64,000 nt of DNA from a virus: positions 32,001-96,000 of IMG/VR virus record IMGVR_UViG_3300031952_002809. One strand, written 5' to 3'. A program made the position numbers and the translations under genes. Below are positions 18,544 to 28,483 of this stretch, in pieces. A model generated the notes under the pieces. It saw nothing but the letters and a program-made list of their open reading frames with translations, was not told the DNA's origin and made no database searches. Each line of letters opens with the position of its first letter. Within the stretch, counting starts at the first letter, position 1.

Positions 18544-20751
18544 ATGGATCTTCCTGATATCGTGAATGAGATAAATAAAAAGAAAAAGACTACTAAAATA
18601 ACAACATTAGATTTAGCTAAATCTTTCAGATTGAAGAGATTTTTTTCAGGATCATTTGGTACGGACTATATTACGGGTGGTGGGTTTGCTTACCGTAGAA
18701 TACAACTATTGTTTGGTGCAAAAAGCTGTATCGATGGGGATTCTTTTTTATGGTATGAGATTTGGAAAAACAATAAGAGGGCTAACAGTAAGGGCGGTAC
18801 TATACGAAATTTGTATAAAAGATTTACTGATGTAACCAAGACAGGTAGAAAACCTATGAGTAACGACTTGGCTACATACTATGTAAAATCAGTTGATGAT
18901 GAAGGATATGTAGTTAGGAATGAGATACTAAATGTGGTAAAAACAGGCAAGAAGAAATGTTTTGAGGTTTCTGTTTCTTCAGGAGAACAGCTTACGTCTA
19001 CAATGGAGCATAAATATTTAACTCCATCTGGATATAAAGAATTAAAGGATTTGAAAGTTGGAGATATTGTTTATGTGAATAGAAATAACAGAGTTAAAGG
19101 CAGGAAAAAGCATACTTCTCGACCAGCTATTTGTGTTAAATATCATCCTTATTTTCCTGTAAAGATAGTTAAGGATAAATATAAAGGGGTTGAAAAAGAT
19201 TACCCCTACTATAGAGGTCAGCAATCAAGAATAGTATATGAAGCGTGCTTAAATGACATGACGTATGATCAATATGTTTCTATACTCAATACTGCATCAA
19301 AGGAAGAAATCAATAAATTAAAATTCTTACCTGTAGATATACATGTTCACCATAAAGATGAAAATTTTTTAAATAATGATATATCAAACCTTGAGCTTAT
19401 TGATCCATCAGAGCATGGGAAATTGCATATGTTGGATAGGCTAAAGAATCTAATGATCATTGTAGATGAGGCTACGATACTGTCGATAGAGCCTGTTGGT
19501 GAAAGGGAAACTTTTGATATTCAATGCGCGTATCCATATAATAACTACATTGCAAATGGAATTGTTGTTCATAATTCAGGTAAGAATGCTTTGCTTAATC
19601 AAACTACAGCATACTTGCAAAGACAATGCAGGTGTTGTCACGGCGTTCACCCTGATTTCTTTAGTGGAGCTCAAGCAAAAGATCAATGGGCATTTATTTT
19701 GCACAGTGTTATGGGTTATGGAATTTGCAAATGTGAGGCACCTCAGCCAAAAAAAGTATTCATTCTTGATTTTGAACGCGCCCTGGCAATCGAAGAGACT
19801 CGCTCTATAAAGATATTGAATATTACCAACAATATAACCGGTGATGATATAGATGAGCTTGATTATAATGATGCTATTGCAACTATGGCTGAATTGCAGG
19901 TATCATCTATTCTTACACCTGAACAAAAAATAGAAATCAAAAAATGTGAAGATTTTATAAAGAATTGTTCTATCAAAGAACAAACTATAAATCAGATAGC
20001 CATAACCGATTATCTTAAAAAATGTGGTGTTGATATAAACCAACTTCTTGTTGCAGATCCTGAAGATACTGAAGAAGGTATTGAGCTTGTTCGAGATATG
20101 ATCCGTGCGAAAGAAGTGGATGCTATTATTTGGGATTCCCTTCAGGCAGCAATACCACGCTATGTAAAAGACCGTGCTGCTGATCAAGCAACAATGGGCG
20201 TTGAGGCTAAGCAAAATGGTTTGCTCATGCGGCATGTTTGTAGTGCTTTCGCTGCTGCAAATCTTTTAGATGAGAGTGAGGCGTATAAGCCAGCATTATT
20301 CATAACAAGTCAGGTTCGTGCTAGTTTGGGTGGGTTTGTTTCTACACCTGATACGTATTCTGGTGGTAACGCTATTCAACACCACATCTCATTAGCTCTT
20401 GAAGTTAAGCGTGAGAAGTTTCTCAAAGAAGACGGAACTGATGCTGAGTTCAAAGATGATTTTTATGGTCAAAGAGTGCGCCTTCGTGCTGATAAAAATA
20501 AACTGAGTTCTCCTGGAGATATGTATGAGTATGAATATTTCTTTAGAGAGGGAGAAAATTTCCCTGTAGGTATTGATTCAGTTGGCGAACTTATCAATCT
20601 TGGTGTAAAGGTTGGATTAATAGATAGAGCTGGTCCATACTACTCAGTAGGAGATAAGAAATTTCAAGGAATGAAAGCGCTGAAGGATGCTTTTAGAGGT
20701 GATAGTAAATTCGCTCAGGAAATTTATATACAATTAATACAGAAGTTATGA
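18544..20751 (+). CDS. recA: RecA recombinase with intein and extra insertions
   Basis: SGSFGTDYITGGG, Walker A GAKS|SGK, DFERAL, GVD, IIWDS, TSQVR, SGGNAIQH, KNK and GLIDRAGPYY motifs. Confidence 0.9.
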   Translation: MDLPDIVNEINKKKKTTKITTLDLAKSFRLKRFFSGSFGTDYITGGGFAYRRIQLLFGAKSCIDGDSFLWYEIWKNNKRANSKGGTIRNLYKRFTDVTKTGRKPMSNDLATYYVKSVDDEGYVVRNEILNVVKTGKKKCFEVSVSSGEQLTSTMEHKYLTPSGYKELKDLKVGDIVYVNRNNRVKGRKKHTSRPAICVKYHPYFPVKIVKDKYKGVEKDYPYYRGQQSRIVYEACLNDMTYDQYVSILNTASKEEINKLKFLPVDIHVHHKDENFLNNDISNLELIDPSEHGKLHMLDRLKNLMIIVDEATILSIEPVGERETFDIQCAYPYNNYIANGIVVHNSGKNALLNQTTAYLQRQCRCCHGVHPDFFSGAQAKDQWAFILHSVMGYGICKCEAPQPKKVFILDFERALAIEETRSIKILNITNNITGDDIDELDYNDAIATMAELQVSSILTPEQKIEIKKCEDFIKNCSIKEQTINQIAITDYLKKCGVDINQLLVADPEDTEEGIELVRDMIRAKEVDAIIWDSLQAAIPRYVKDRAADQATMGVEAKQNGLLMRHVCSAFAAANLLDESEAYKPALFITSQVRASLGGFVSTPDTYSGGNAIQHHISLALEVKREKFLKEDGTDAEFKDDFYGQRVRLRADKNKLSSPGDMYEYEYFFREGENFPVGIDSVGELINLGVKVGLIDRAGPYYSVGDKKFQGMKALKDAFRGDSKFAQEIYIQLIQKL
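18727..19575 (+). mobile_element. Intein (283 aa) with HNH endonuclease in the RecA P-loop
   Basis: CIDGDS...VVHN|S junctions; HVHHKDENFLNNDISNL...EHGKLH. Confidence 0.92.
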
Positions 20752-21248
20752 AAAAGATAAAGTTCTCACGAAAACGGGAAAATGATATAGCTGATGACAC
20801 TGGAGGGAAGAGACACGCTCGTAGTGGTGGATTGTGGTGGAAGAAGGGTGATGCTAGTACTGTAGATTTTCTATTTGAGGATAAATTTACAGAGAAGGAA
20901 CATTATTCTGTAACAGCATTAGTACTTCAGAAGATTGAAAAGGAAGCAATGACTATAGGAAAACTTCCTATTTTTCGTATAGGATTCATTTCAAGATATG
21001 GCAATGCTGACTACGCTATTCTTCGATTCAAAGATTGCAAGATTGATCCTATTGAATATACGAAAATACCTCTAGAGATATCAAAGAATAAAAGCATACG
21101 TCTATCTTCTGATAGATTGCGGGGATTGCAGATTACAGGAGATAAATTTGTAATGCGTTTTTGGCTCATTGAAAAGGAATATATAATCATGAATTGGTAT
21201 TTTTTTGTTTCGATAAAGCATAAAATAATAGTAGGAGAACAATTATGA
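20748..21248 (+). CDS. PD-(D/E)XK nuclease, phage Holliday-junction-resolvase-like
   Basis: RENDIA...SGG...KGD...LFEDK motif directly after recA. Confidence 0.7.
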   Translation: MKKIKFSRKRENDIADDTGGKRHARSGGLWWKKGDASTVDFLFEDKFTEKEHYSVTALVLQKIEKEAMTIGKLPIFRIGFISRYGNADYAILRFKDCKIDPIEYTKIPLEISKNKSIRLSSDRLRGLQITGDKFVMRFWLIEKEYIIMNWYFFVSIKHKIIVGEQL

Positions 21249-21946
21249 GTCGTTGTCTGGTATGTCATGGGAGTGGGTGGGCCATACGCTATAATGAAAA
21301 GAATAAACAAGATGAATCAGAGCCTTGTGAATGTCGTCGTGAACGGGATGAAAGAGATGCTTTTCGAACTAAATTGGTTAAAGCGTGCATACCTCCAGAA
21401 TATTGGGAGTATACATTGGAGAATTATTTAACTTTGCCTCTTGGGGACTCTATTGTAAATAAGGCGAATGCTCTCAGTGTTTACGAATTGAGAAAATATA
21501 TGACTGATCCATTACTATTTTTAAATAGCTACAATGTATTGTGGATATGGGGAAGAAAACCAAATGCTGGTCATACTTCTCTTGCAGTAATATTTGCTGT
21601 AGAACTATTGAAAAACAAATATAAAGTTCGTTTCATGCGCATGCAAGATTTAGTATCAGCGTTTACGGATTTCGAATCTAAAAAAGATTTCTTTACGTAT
21701 CTTGAAAAATTTGATGTATACTTACTTGATGATGCATTTGATGCGAATAGGTGTATTGTACCAGGAGATTATACAAATATTCATTTATTTAATTGGATGA
21801 GCGCTGCTATGTCAAACAAGAAGCATTTTATTTGTACATCGAAAGTAGATATAGTGCAGATAAGCGATAAGTTTGAACAATCGAAGCATCTTCTATTGAA
21901 GTCAAGGCTATCCTTGGAATTTCATGGGACGTTAAAGAGAGACTAA
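21245..21946 (+). CDS. DnaC/IstB-like helicase loader with atypical P-loop
   Basis: N-terminal CxxC..G.G...CEC zinc motif, ACIPPEY, LWIWGRKPNAGHTSLA and Walker B YLLDD. Confidence 0.75.
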   Translation: MSRCLVCHGSGWAIRYNEKNKQDESEPCECRRERDERDAFRTKLVKACIPPEYWEYTLENYLTLPLGDSIVNKANALSVYELRKYMTDPLLFLNSYNVLWIWGRKPNAGHTSLAVIFAVELLKNKYKVRFMRMQDLVSAFTDFESKKDFFTYLEKFDVYLLDDAFDANRCIVPGDYTNIHLFNWMSAAMSNKKHFICTSKVDIVQISDKFEQSKHLLLKSRLSLEFHGTLKRD

Positions 21947-21948
21947 TA

Positions 21949-22164
21949 ATGGCGAAGTTACTTACATATAAATGTGCTGGCATTGAATTTGATTTTTACG
22001 ATACAGAAAGAGTTCCGGTTATCAAGTCAGACGTAAAATATTTTATGACACCGGGGCGGCTGAAGGAAGTGTGCGAATGGATGAAGATTCGTACTGTTAC
22101 TTCAGTGACTACTTCTGATCACATGGAAGAATTGATTGCTATAGGATTACTTGGGGAATACTAA
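21949..22164 (+). CDS. Hypothetical protein
   Basis: 71 aa ORF coupled to the primase gene. Confidence 0.55.
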   Translation: MAKLLTYKCAGIEFDFYDTERVPVIKSDVKYFMTPGRLKEVCEWMKIRTVTSVTTSDHMEELIAIGLLGEY

Positions 22165-23105
22165 TGATCGATGTCGAAAAGATTCTGACTACCCTGGGTA
22201 TTGAATATCGTGGGGGCGGGACAAACAATTTTAAAATATTTTGCATAAATCCTGCACACCAGGAAAAGAAACCATCGATGTATATACATAAAGACAATGG
22301 TCAAATACATTGTTTTGGGTGTAATTATACTGGTTCTTTGTTTACTCTTCTTCGAGTAAGCAAAGGTGTTTATGGATTAGAAGCATTACTCTACCTTCAA
22401 AAGTTTGCTGTCGGTGGTCAGACTGAGAGTGAGGTACGAAAATCTTTGGAGGAGATAATACAATCACGCTCAGCTGAAAAATCCATTATTCGATACGCGT
22501 CTGTCGAGTTACCTGAGCATAGACTGCTTACAAACCATTTGTATCTCGATAAGCGCGGTATTACTTCTGCTGAGATACAAAATTGGGGAATGGCTGTTAT
22601 TACTGGTGGAAGAAACATTGGTTGGATTCTAATTCCCATCTACCAAGATGGTATCCTTCGAAATTATTTTATGCGAAATAGTTTTGGAGAAGGAAAATTG
22701 TATGGAAACTATCCAAGAAAAGACTTGTTGGCGGGATTAGATTATGCTTTAGACCTATCTCAGCCACTTTATATTTCTGAGGGTATTTTTGATTCTCTTG
22801 CTATTGGACGTACGGGTGTTCAATCAGTCGCTTGCCTGTCAAATAGACTATTACCCGAACAACTCGAGCGGTTAAAGCTATACAAAAAAATAGTTATTGT
22901 TCCTGATACCGACTCACGAGGCATCGATCTCGTTGAGAGTGCTGGCCCACTTATACATAATAGAGAAGTCGTTGTTTGTAAATTACCATCACATAAGAAG
23001 GATGCTGCAGAGTGTACCCATACTGAAGTAAAGCAGGCTTTACTTGAAGAAATACCATGGAATATCTATATGATTGAGAAGAAAATTATTTCAAAATTTA
23101 ATTGA
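22164..23105 (+). CDS. dnaG: DnaG-type primase (CHC2 zinc finger + Toprim)
   Basis: CINPAHQEKKPS...HCFGC, YLDKRGI, ISEGIFD, PDTDSRG and KKDA motifs. Confidence 0.88.
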   Translation: MIDVEKILTTLGIEYRGGGTNNFKIFCINPAHQEKKPSMYIHKDNGQIHCFGCNYTGSLFTLLRVSKGVYGLEALLYLQKFAVGGQTESEVRKSLEEIIQSRSAEKSIIRYASVELPEHRLLTNHLYLDKRGITSAEIQNWGMAVITGGRNIGWILIPIYQDGILRNYFMRNSFGEGKLYGNYPRKDLLAGLDYALDLSQPLYISEGIFDSLAIGRTGVQSVACLSNRLLPEQLERLKLYKKIVIVPDTDSRGIDLVESAGPLIHNREVVVCKLPSHKKDAAECTHTEVKQALLEEIPWNIYMIEKKIISKFN

Positions 23106-23133
23106 CTTTATACATCGAGTGAATGTATATGAT
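23102..23133 (+). promoter_or_regulatory. Promoter with palindromic operator upstream of the KTSC-RHH-tubulin operon
   Basis: TTGACT at 23102; perfect inverted repeat TATACAT-N7-ATGTATA (23109-23129) covering the spacer and -10 region; AAGGAG RBS follows. Confidence 0.55.
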
Positions 23134-23151
23134 TTTTAAGGAGACATATTT

Positions 23152-23391
23152 ATGGAATTAAAAAATGTTGTTTCTTCTAATATTGCCCAGGTTGGGCACG
23201 ACCCGAATCAGAATGTATTGATTGTTAGATTTAAGAATGGGGTATACTATCGTTATGATAATGTATCGGAACAGGTATATAATAATTTTATTACTGCTCA
23301 ATCAATTGGAAAATATTTTCAATCATACATTCGTAACGCCTATCCATTTAAAAAAATTGAGGTTAATGAAGGAGTTGAGATACGTCTATGA
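23152..23391 (+). CDS. KTSC domain protein
   Basis: VSSNIAQVGHD...LIVRFKNG..YRY.NV....Y..F..AQSIGKYF..YIR. Confidence 0.9.
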   Translation: MELKNVVSSNIAQVGHDPNQNVLIVRFKNGVYYRYDNVSEQVYNNFITAQSIGKYFQSYIRNAYPFKKIEVNEGVEIRL

Positions 23392-23543
23392 ATAGAAGAC
23401 AAATTTATCTTACGGATTATGAGGTCGAGGAAATTAAAAAATATGCATTTGAGCTAGGGATATCAATGTCTGAGTACATTCGAAGGGTAATAGATGACCA
23501 TCTTGAAAAAAAGAAGAAGAAGGTAGCCACTGCTGGGATATAA
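23388..23543 (+). CDS. CopG-like ribbon-helix-helix protein (51 aa; below ORF-track cutoff)
   Basis: Manual translation MNRRQIYLTDYEVEEIKKYAFELGISMSEYIRRVIDDHL...; GGAG RBS and ATGA overlap with the KTSC gene. Confidence 0.85.
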   Translation: MNRRQIYLTDYEVEEIKKYAFELGISMSEYIRRVIDDHLEKKKKKVATAGI

Positions 23544-23549
23544 ATATAC

Positions 23550-23966
23550 ATGAATGTTACTATAGATATCAACAAGATAGGTGAGAGTATAAGTAGTTTA
23601 ATTAAAAAAAAATTGAAAACTAAGAATCTACCTGAATGTCTTGGAAATATGGCACCACCTGTTACAAGAACTACACTTACTATAGAAGATACTATTTTTA
23701 AAATAAGACACAGCATTCCAAAGGAAAATGTTGTGGCGGATGATGTAAGAAGTATTGTGGTATATCAAAAATATGATACAGATCTTATGTATGATAAATT
23801 TGTTTTGGATATTAACGGAAAGAGCGTTATCGAGGCAATAAAAGAAGAAGCGGCAACTTCCTATGTTGATCACGTTAGCGCATGTGCTCTATGCAAACAT
23901 GTTGATGTGTGTGATAAACTTACCACTCACTATTTGCAAACCATTAAATTATTGGAGGATAAATAA
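23550..23966 (+). CDS. Hypothetical protein with C-terminal Cys cluster
   Basis: CALCKHVDVC; translationally coupled to the tubulin gene. Confidence 0.65.
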   Translation: MNVTIDINKIGESISSLIKKKLKTKNLPECLGNMAPPVTRTTLTIEDTIFKIRHSIPKENVVADDVRSIVVYQKYDTDLMYDKFVLDINGKSVIEAIKEEAATSYVDHVSACALCKHVDVCDKLTTHYLQTIKLLEDK

Positions 23967-25045
23967 TGTTAGAAATGTTTAACATAATTGCATTAGGACA
24001 ATGCGGCTGTCGTATTGCAAAAGAGTTTAACAGAATTGGATTTAAAGCATGCTATATAAATTCTGATGCTGTTGATATGAGGGACTTTAACGTTCCTTCA
24101 GATAAAATACTTATGTTAGGCACTACTGGTAGCGGTAGGAGTCCTCATAAAGGAAGACAAATACTCGAAAAAAGTTTCGATAAATTTGCAAAATTTATGG
24201 ATGCTAATATCGATAAAGACAATATGAATGTATTCATAATTGGTCTTGGTGGAGGCACTGGCGGGGGTATGATTCTTCCTGCTATCGAATATGCAAAAAG
24301 TAAAGATGTGAAGGTTGGTGTTATTGCAACACTTCCTCCAAAAATGGCAGGCATGCTTGATATGGACAATGCTATGCGTGGCCTTAAAGAATTAAAGAAT
24401 CTTACTTTAAATATGTTTATTCTTGCTGATAACGATTATCTAATAGAGAAAGTTGGTCTGAGTACTGATTGGTGGCAGAAGATTAATTATCATATTCTCA
24501 CAAAAGTTGCAACTGCGTTTGATTTACTCAGAGAAAATAAATCTAGTCAGAGTGGTGTAGGTTCAATTGATAAAGGTGAGCTTGCCCGTATACTCCAGTA
24601 TGGAAAAGGTCTTCTTGATATCAGAGATGTATATTTCAATCTTCCTGAAGATTTATCTCTTCCTGATGATGAAATTAAAAAGAAATTATTTGAACCTGCC
24701 TTGGTTTCTGGTTATACATATAAGGATACACTGTTCTACCTTATTAGCGTGGATACACCCAAAAAATCTGGGTATACCGAGTTTGCTTCAAAGATATTTA
24801 ATATTACAAAGAATACATATGGTAGTTCTTTGGCCAGGGTGGGAATGTTTAATGATCCTGTATTGGATAGAGTCCTTCGTGTTACTATGATATCAGCAGG
24901 ACTTAAACTTCCAAAAGTTCTGCGATCTAAGATAAATAATCTCAAACGGGATTCTGACAGGCATGAAGTTAAGAAAAACAAAGAAGAGAGTACTGACTTT
25001 TCACCCATGAATGATATAAAGATAGATGATGACTTTGATATTTAA
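23966..25045 (+). CDS. Tubulin/FtsZ-family GTPase (TubZ/PhuZ-like)
   Basis: T1 IALGQCGCRIA, INSD, GSGRSP, signature GLGGGTGGG, ADN and T7-like IDKGE; acidic C-terminal tail IKIDDDFDI. Confidence 0.9.
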   Translation: MLEMFNIIALGQCGCRIAKEFNRIGFKACYINSDAVDMRDFNVPSDKILMLGTTGSGRSPHKGRQILEKSFDKFAKFMDANIDKDNMNVFIIGLGGGTGGGMILPAIEYAKSKDVKVGVIATLPPKMAGMLDMDNAMRGLKELKNLTLNMFILADNDYLIEKVGLSTDWWQKINYHILTKVATAFDLLRENKSSQSGVGSIDKGELARILQYGKGLLDIRDVYFNLPEDLSLPDDEIKKKLFEPALVSGYTYKDTLFYLISVDTPKKSGYTEFASKIFNITKNTYGSSLARVGMFNDPVLDRVLRVTMISAGLKLPKVLRSKINNLKRDSDRHEVKKNKEESTDFSPMNDIKIDDDFDI

Positions 25046-25279
25046 ATGACAAAACAGAAACATATATACGTAAAAGACGAGACTGAGTTTGATGAACTAC
25101 AAACAGAGATAAAGATTCTCTGGTATCAGAAATATGGAGAGTCTTTATCAAATTCTGCTATACTCGTCAAAGCATATGAGAATTTAAGAGATAGCTTATC
25201 TGGCAGGGGCGACAGAACAGCATATGATATTAAGAGACAAAATATATATAAATACTGCAGAACTGGGATACAAGATTAG
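25046..25279 (+). CDS. Small RHH-like protein, candidate tubulin adaptor
   Basis: KQKHIYV strand, helix, then GESLSNSAILVKAY helix; ATG immediately after the tubulin stop codon. Confidence 0.55.
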   Translation: MTKQKHIYVKDETEFDELQTEIKILWYQKYGESLSNSAILVKAYENLRDSLSGRGDRTAYDIKRQNIYKYCRTGIQD

Positions 25280-27680
25280 CAATTTATGCGAACTATTTAC
25301 ATATAAGAATCCAGAGATTTTTCATAAAAAGCGACTCAAATTATCTATTCGTAATGTACCACCATACTTGTATCACTATAAATTAGCGGATACAGATGGT
25401 AAGAAAATTCTGCAGATACCTCGCGGTGGATTACCGCGTGTTATAGCTTTCTACAAACAGAATAATCTTCCCTTTAGACTTATCGATCAGCGCATCGAAT
25501 GTTTATCTATAGATGTGCATCTTATTGATACTACACTGGATAAGCACCAAGAACGAGTGGTTAATGTTCTCCTTCAAAACGATGGGGGTCTTATTGAAGT
25601 AAGCCCAGGCGGAGGTAAGACCATAAGTATGCTCGGTTTGATATCCATACTCAAACAGCCCACACTTATTGTTACACATGAACATCGCTTGAGTGCTCAA
25701 TGGATGACTGAGATACGTAATCGGTTGGGTGGTACTTATACTCTTGGGAAGTACGATGGTGATGTCAAAGAGGATGGGGATATCGTTGTTGGAATCATAA
25801 ATAGTTTATACAATCTCTATCAAGAAAACCCAGGTTTCTTTGACAAATTTGGTACTATAATAGTGGATGAGTGTCTTGATCCAGATACTGTTATAACTGT
25901 TCCTACAGGAATAAAGAAGCTTCGTGATATTAAAGTTGGAGATACTGTTATAACCCCAACCGGAGCAGCTTTGGTAAAAAGAATTTGGACTACAACAAAA
26001 GAAGCTTTTAAATATAAAATGACTAATGGTAATTATTTAATAACATCTAAAGAACACATAGTGCATACTTATAGAGATTTTAATACTGGGTACGCAAGGG
26101 GTACTGAGAACAAACAAATACAAAATTGTAGCGGTCTCTTGTTTTTAAAAGATATTCCCAAAGAGCGAATAATATCTGAATTTGATCTTATTAACTATTT
26201 GTACGGTTGGTTTATTGGGGATGGTACATGTGATAATAGCTATATAAACTTTTCTTTTAGAAAGAAAGAAAAAATAGAATGCTTTGAAAATGCTTTTTCT
26301 GGCTATGATATGTTTAATAAATTTGGTAATTCACGGGGGGACTCTGTTTATCGTCTAAAATCTGTTTATGAGGAGCAATTACACGACCGGTTTGATATTT
26401 ACCACGGAAGAAAATCTGTGGATATGCGGCTTCCTGACTTTATTTATGCTACAACAGATATTTCTTTTATTCGTGGTTTATTTGAAGCTGATGGCTGTCG
26501 GCATGCTGATACTGGTACACAAAAACAAAATTCTATAGAACTCTCTCTTATATTAAAAAATGTAATTTATCAAGTTGCAGATATGCTAAGGGGGATGGGT
26601 ATCTATAATACAGTTACAGGGCTCACACACAGTAACTCCCAAGCAAGTTTAGTGTACAGAGTATCTATTCCTTCTTTCTATATAAATACCTTTAATGAAA
26701 AAATAGGATGGTTTGGTTATAAAAATATAATTATGAATCCTCGAAAAATAAATAGAACTCCTTTCACTGCTCTTTCTATAAAATCAGTAGAACCTATGGG
26801 TAATCGTGATCTAATAGATATTGAATTAGAGGATGAAAATAAGCTATTTATAGCAAATGGTATAATTGTGCATAATTGCCATCATTTACCTGCTGAAATG
26901 TTTTTATCTGTTTTGAACAACATGCCAGCCAAATATAGAATTGGGGTAACAGGAACGGTTAAACGAAAGGATCAGAAGGAATTACTTACTTTTGATGTTT
27001 TGGGAAAAATACTTATAAAATTTGATGCTTCTGATTTGAAACATCGAATAACAACCTTTGATTATCGTATAGTAAACACCAATATTCGTATGGAAATACC
27101 AACTATTTTTCGTTGGACCGGACAAAAAAGAGAAGATGTCCTTAATATGACAGAATTGCTAACTAAACTTGTCGAAAATAATGATAGGAACGCTATTATA
27201 CTCAAGGAGGCGATTGACCTTATTCAGACTGGATACTTCCCATTGATACTGAGTGATCGAGTGCAGCATAATGAATATTTGCATGAACAACTTACTGCTT
27301 TGGGTATTAAAACTGTTCTGATGATTGGTAAAACTCGAAAGAAAACAAACTGGGATGTGACTAGAAATGATCAAACAATTCAATGTATTGTAGCCAATTC
27401 CAAAATAGCATCTGAAGGATTGGATCTTCCCAGATTATCTGCGTTAATATTAACATGCCCATCTACAAATGTGCATAAGTTGAAACAGCAGATAGGAAGG
27501 ATTCGAAGAGTTTGTGAGGGTAAACCTCTGCCAATGGTCGTAGATATCTGTGATAATTTAGCGTGTACTCGTTCTGAGGATGATCCTAATTATTTATTAC
27601 GGCATACCGCTAGAACGAGAATAAGATTTTATGAGAAATTAAAAAATGAATATGACGATGTTGAGGATACCGATTCGTAA
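25224..27680 (+). CDS. Superfamily II DExH helicase (UvsW/XPB-like), intein-containing
   Basis: SPGGGKT, DE|CHH, GVTGT, EGLDLP and QQIGRIRR motifs. Confidence 0.9.
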   Translation: MILRDKIYINTAELGYKISNLCELFTYKNPEIFHKKRLKLSIRNVPPYLYHYKLADTDGKKILQIPRGGLPRVIAFYKQNNLPFRLIDQRIECLSIDVHLIDTTLDKHQERVVNVLLQNDGGLIEVSPGGGKTISMLGLISILKQPTLIVTHEHRLSAQWMTEIRNRLGGTYTLGKYDGDVKEDGDIVVGIINSLYNLYQENPGFFDKFGTIIVDECLDPDTVITVPTGIKKLRDIKVGDTVITPTGAALVKRIWTTTKEAFKYKMTNGNYLITSKEHIVHTYRDFNTGYARGTENKQIQNCSGLLFLKDIPKERIISEFDLINYLYGWFIGDGTCDNSYINFSFRKKEKIECFENAFSGYDMFNKFGNSRGDSVYRLKSVYEEQLHDRFDIYHGRKSVDMRLPDFIYATTDISFIRGLFEADGCRHADTGTQKQNSIELSLILKNVIYQVADMLRGMGIYNTVTGLTHSNSQASLVYRVSIPSFYINTFNEKIGWFGYKNIIMNPRKINRTPFTALSIKSVEPMGNRDLIDIELEDENKLFIANGIIVHNCHHLPAEMFLSVLNNMPAKYRIGVTGTVKRKDQKELLTFDVLGKILIKFDASDLKHRITTFDYRIVNTNIRMEIPTIFRWTGQKREDVLNMTELLTKLVENNDRNAIILKEAIDLIQTGYFPLILSDRVQHNEYLHEQLTALGIKTVLMIGKTRKKTNWDVTRNDQTIQCIVANSKIASEGLDLPRLSALILTCPSTNVHKLKQQIGRIRRVCEGKPLPMVVDICDNLACTRSEDDPNYLLRHTARTRIRFYEKLKNEYDDVEDTDS
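25872..26876 (+). mobile_element. Intein (335 aa) with LAGLIDADG endonuclease in the helicase DECH motif
   Basis: CLDPDT...IVHN|C junctions; LYGWFIGDG and FIRGLFEADG blocks. Confidence 0.92.
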
Positions 27681-27703
27681 AATACAGTTCTCCAAACCTT
27701 CGT

Positions 27704-28483
27704 ATGAGGGGATTTGCAAAATATGGAATCCCTATGGAAGAGCAAGCGTGCTACAAAGAAGGAATGAGTATAAGCCGTAATTTCGAACATCGGGAAGAAA
27801 AAGAAACACGGAAATTATACGATATTATTAAAAGAGCCATTGTTCTCATTCAGGAGGGATCTCCCTATGAACGAGAGAAGGCTACTTATTTTTTAACTGA
27901 ATTATTTGAACCATACATACGAAAGATTTCTAACAAATTATATAGAAATCTACATGGGGCTCAGGATTACGCAGATATATTGCAGGAAACATATACGATG
28001 TTTCTTACATTATTAAATAAATATAATCCAAAAGTATCTGCTTTCAGTTATTATATAGGAATTATGTTGCCTCAGCACATGAATAGATGGGCTGAAAAGG
28101 AAATAGTATATACTAGTGTTAATACTCCCATTGACATTGAAGAATATTCCTTAGTAGATCCATCATTTAAAAATGCTAATGTTGTATCTGATTATTTGAA
28201 TGCATACGTTCTTACTCGAGAATACCAGGAATTTATAAAAAAAAGAGCTGAGCGTCAATCTCGTAGTGGAACAGTGAGTCAGGTTTGTTATAGATACTTT
28301 TTGGGTAGCGATACGTGCTCGGAGATTGCTCGAGACTTAGGAATCTCATACCACGCAGTCTATGAAATTATTGGAAAGATAAAAAAGGAATTGCAGCAAT
28401 TCTTCTATACTAGTGCTTTTTCTGGATGTGTTATTTCAAGTACAGGAATAGTTCAGAAGGATGTAACGTATGGACAGTATTAA
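27704..28483 (+). CDS. Phage RNA polymerase sigma factor (sigma70 family)
   Basis: Region 2 DILQETY...KYNPKVSAFSYY and region 4 HTH CSEIARDLGISYHAV. Confidence 0.8.
   Translation: MRGFAKYGIPMEEQACYKEGMSISRNFEHREEKETRKLYDIIKRAIVLIQEGSPYEREKATYFLTELFEPYIRKISNKLYRNLHGAQDYADILQETYTMFLTLLNKYNPKVSAFSYYIGIMLPQHMNRWAEKEIVYTSVNTPIDIEEYSLVDPSFKNANVVSDYLNAYVLTREYQEFIKKRAERQSRSGTVSQVCYRYFLGSDTCSEIARDLGISYHAVYEIIGKIKKELQQFFYTSAFSGCVISSTGIVQKDVTYGQY

Noticed and set aside
23966-25045. Evidence for a nucleus-forming (chimallin/PhuZ) phage or host ftsZ
   Set aside because: No chimallin or multisubunit RNAP genes are seen here, a sigma factor is present, and there is no dcw context or FtsZ C-terminal core peptide. 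Tubulin alone is insufficient evidence.
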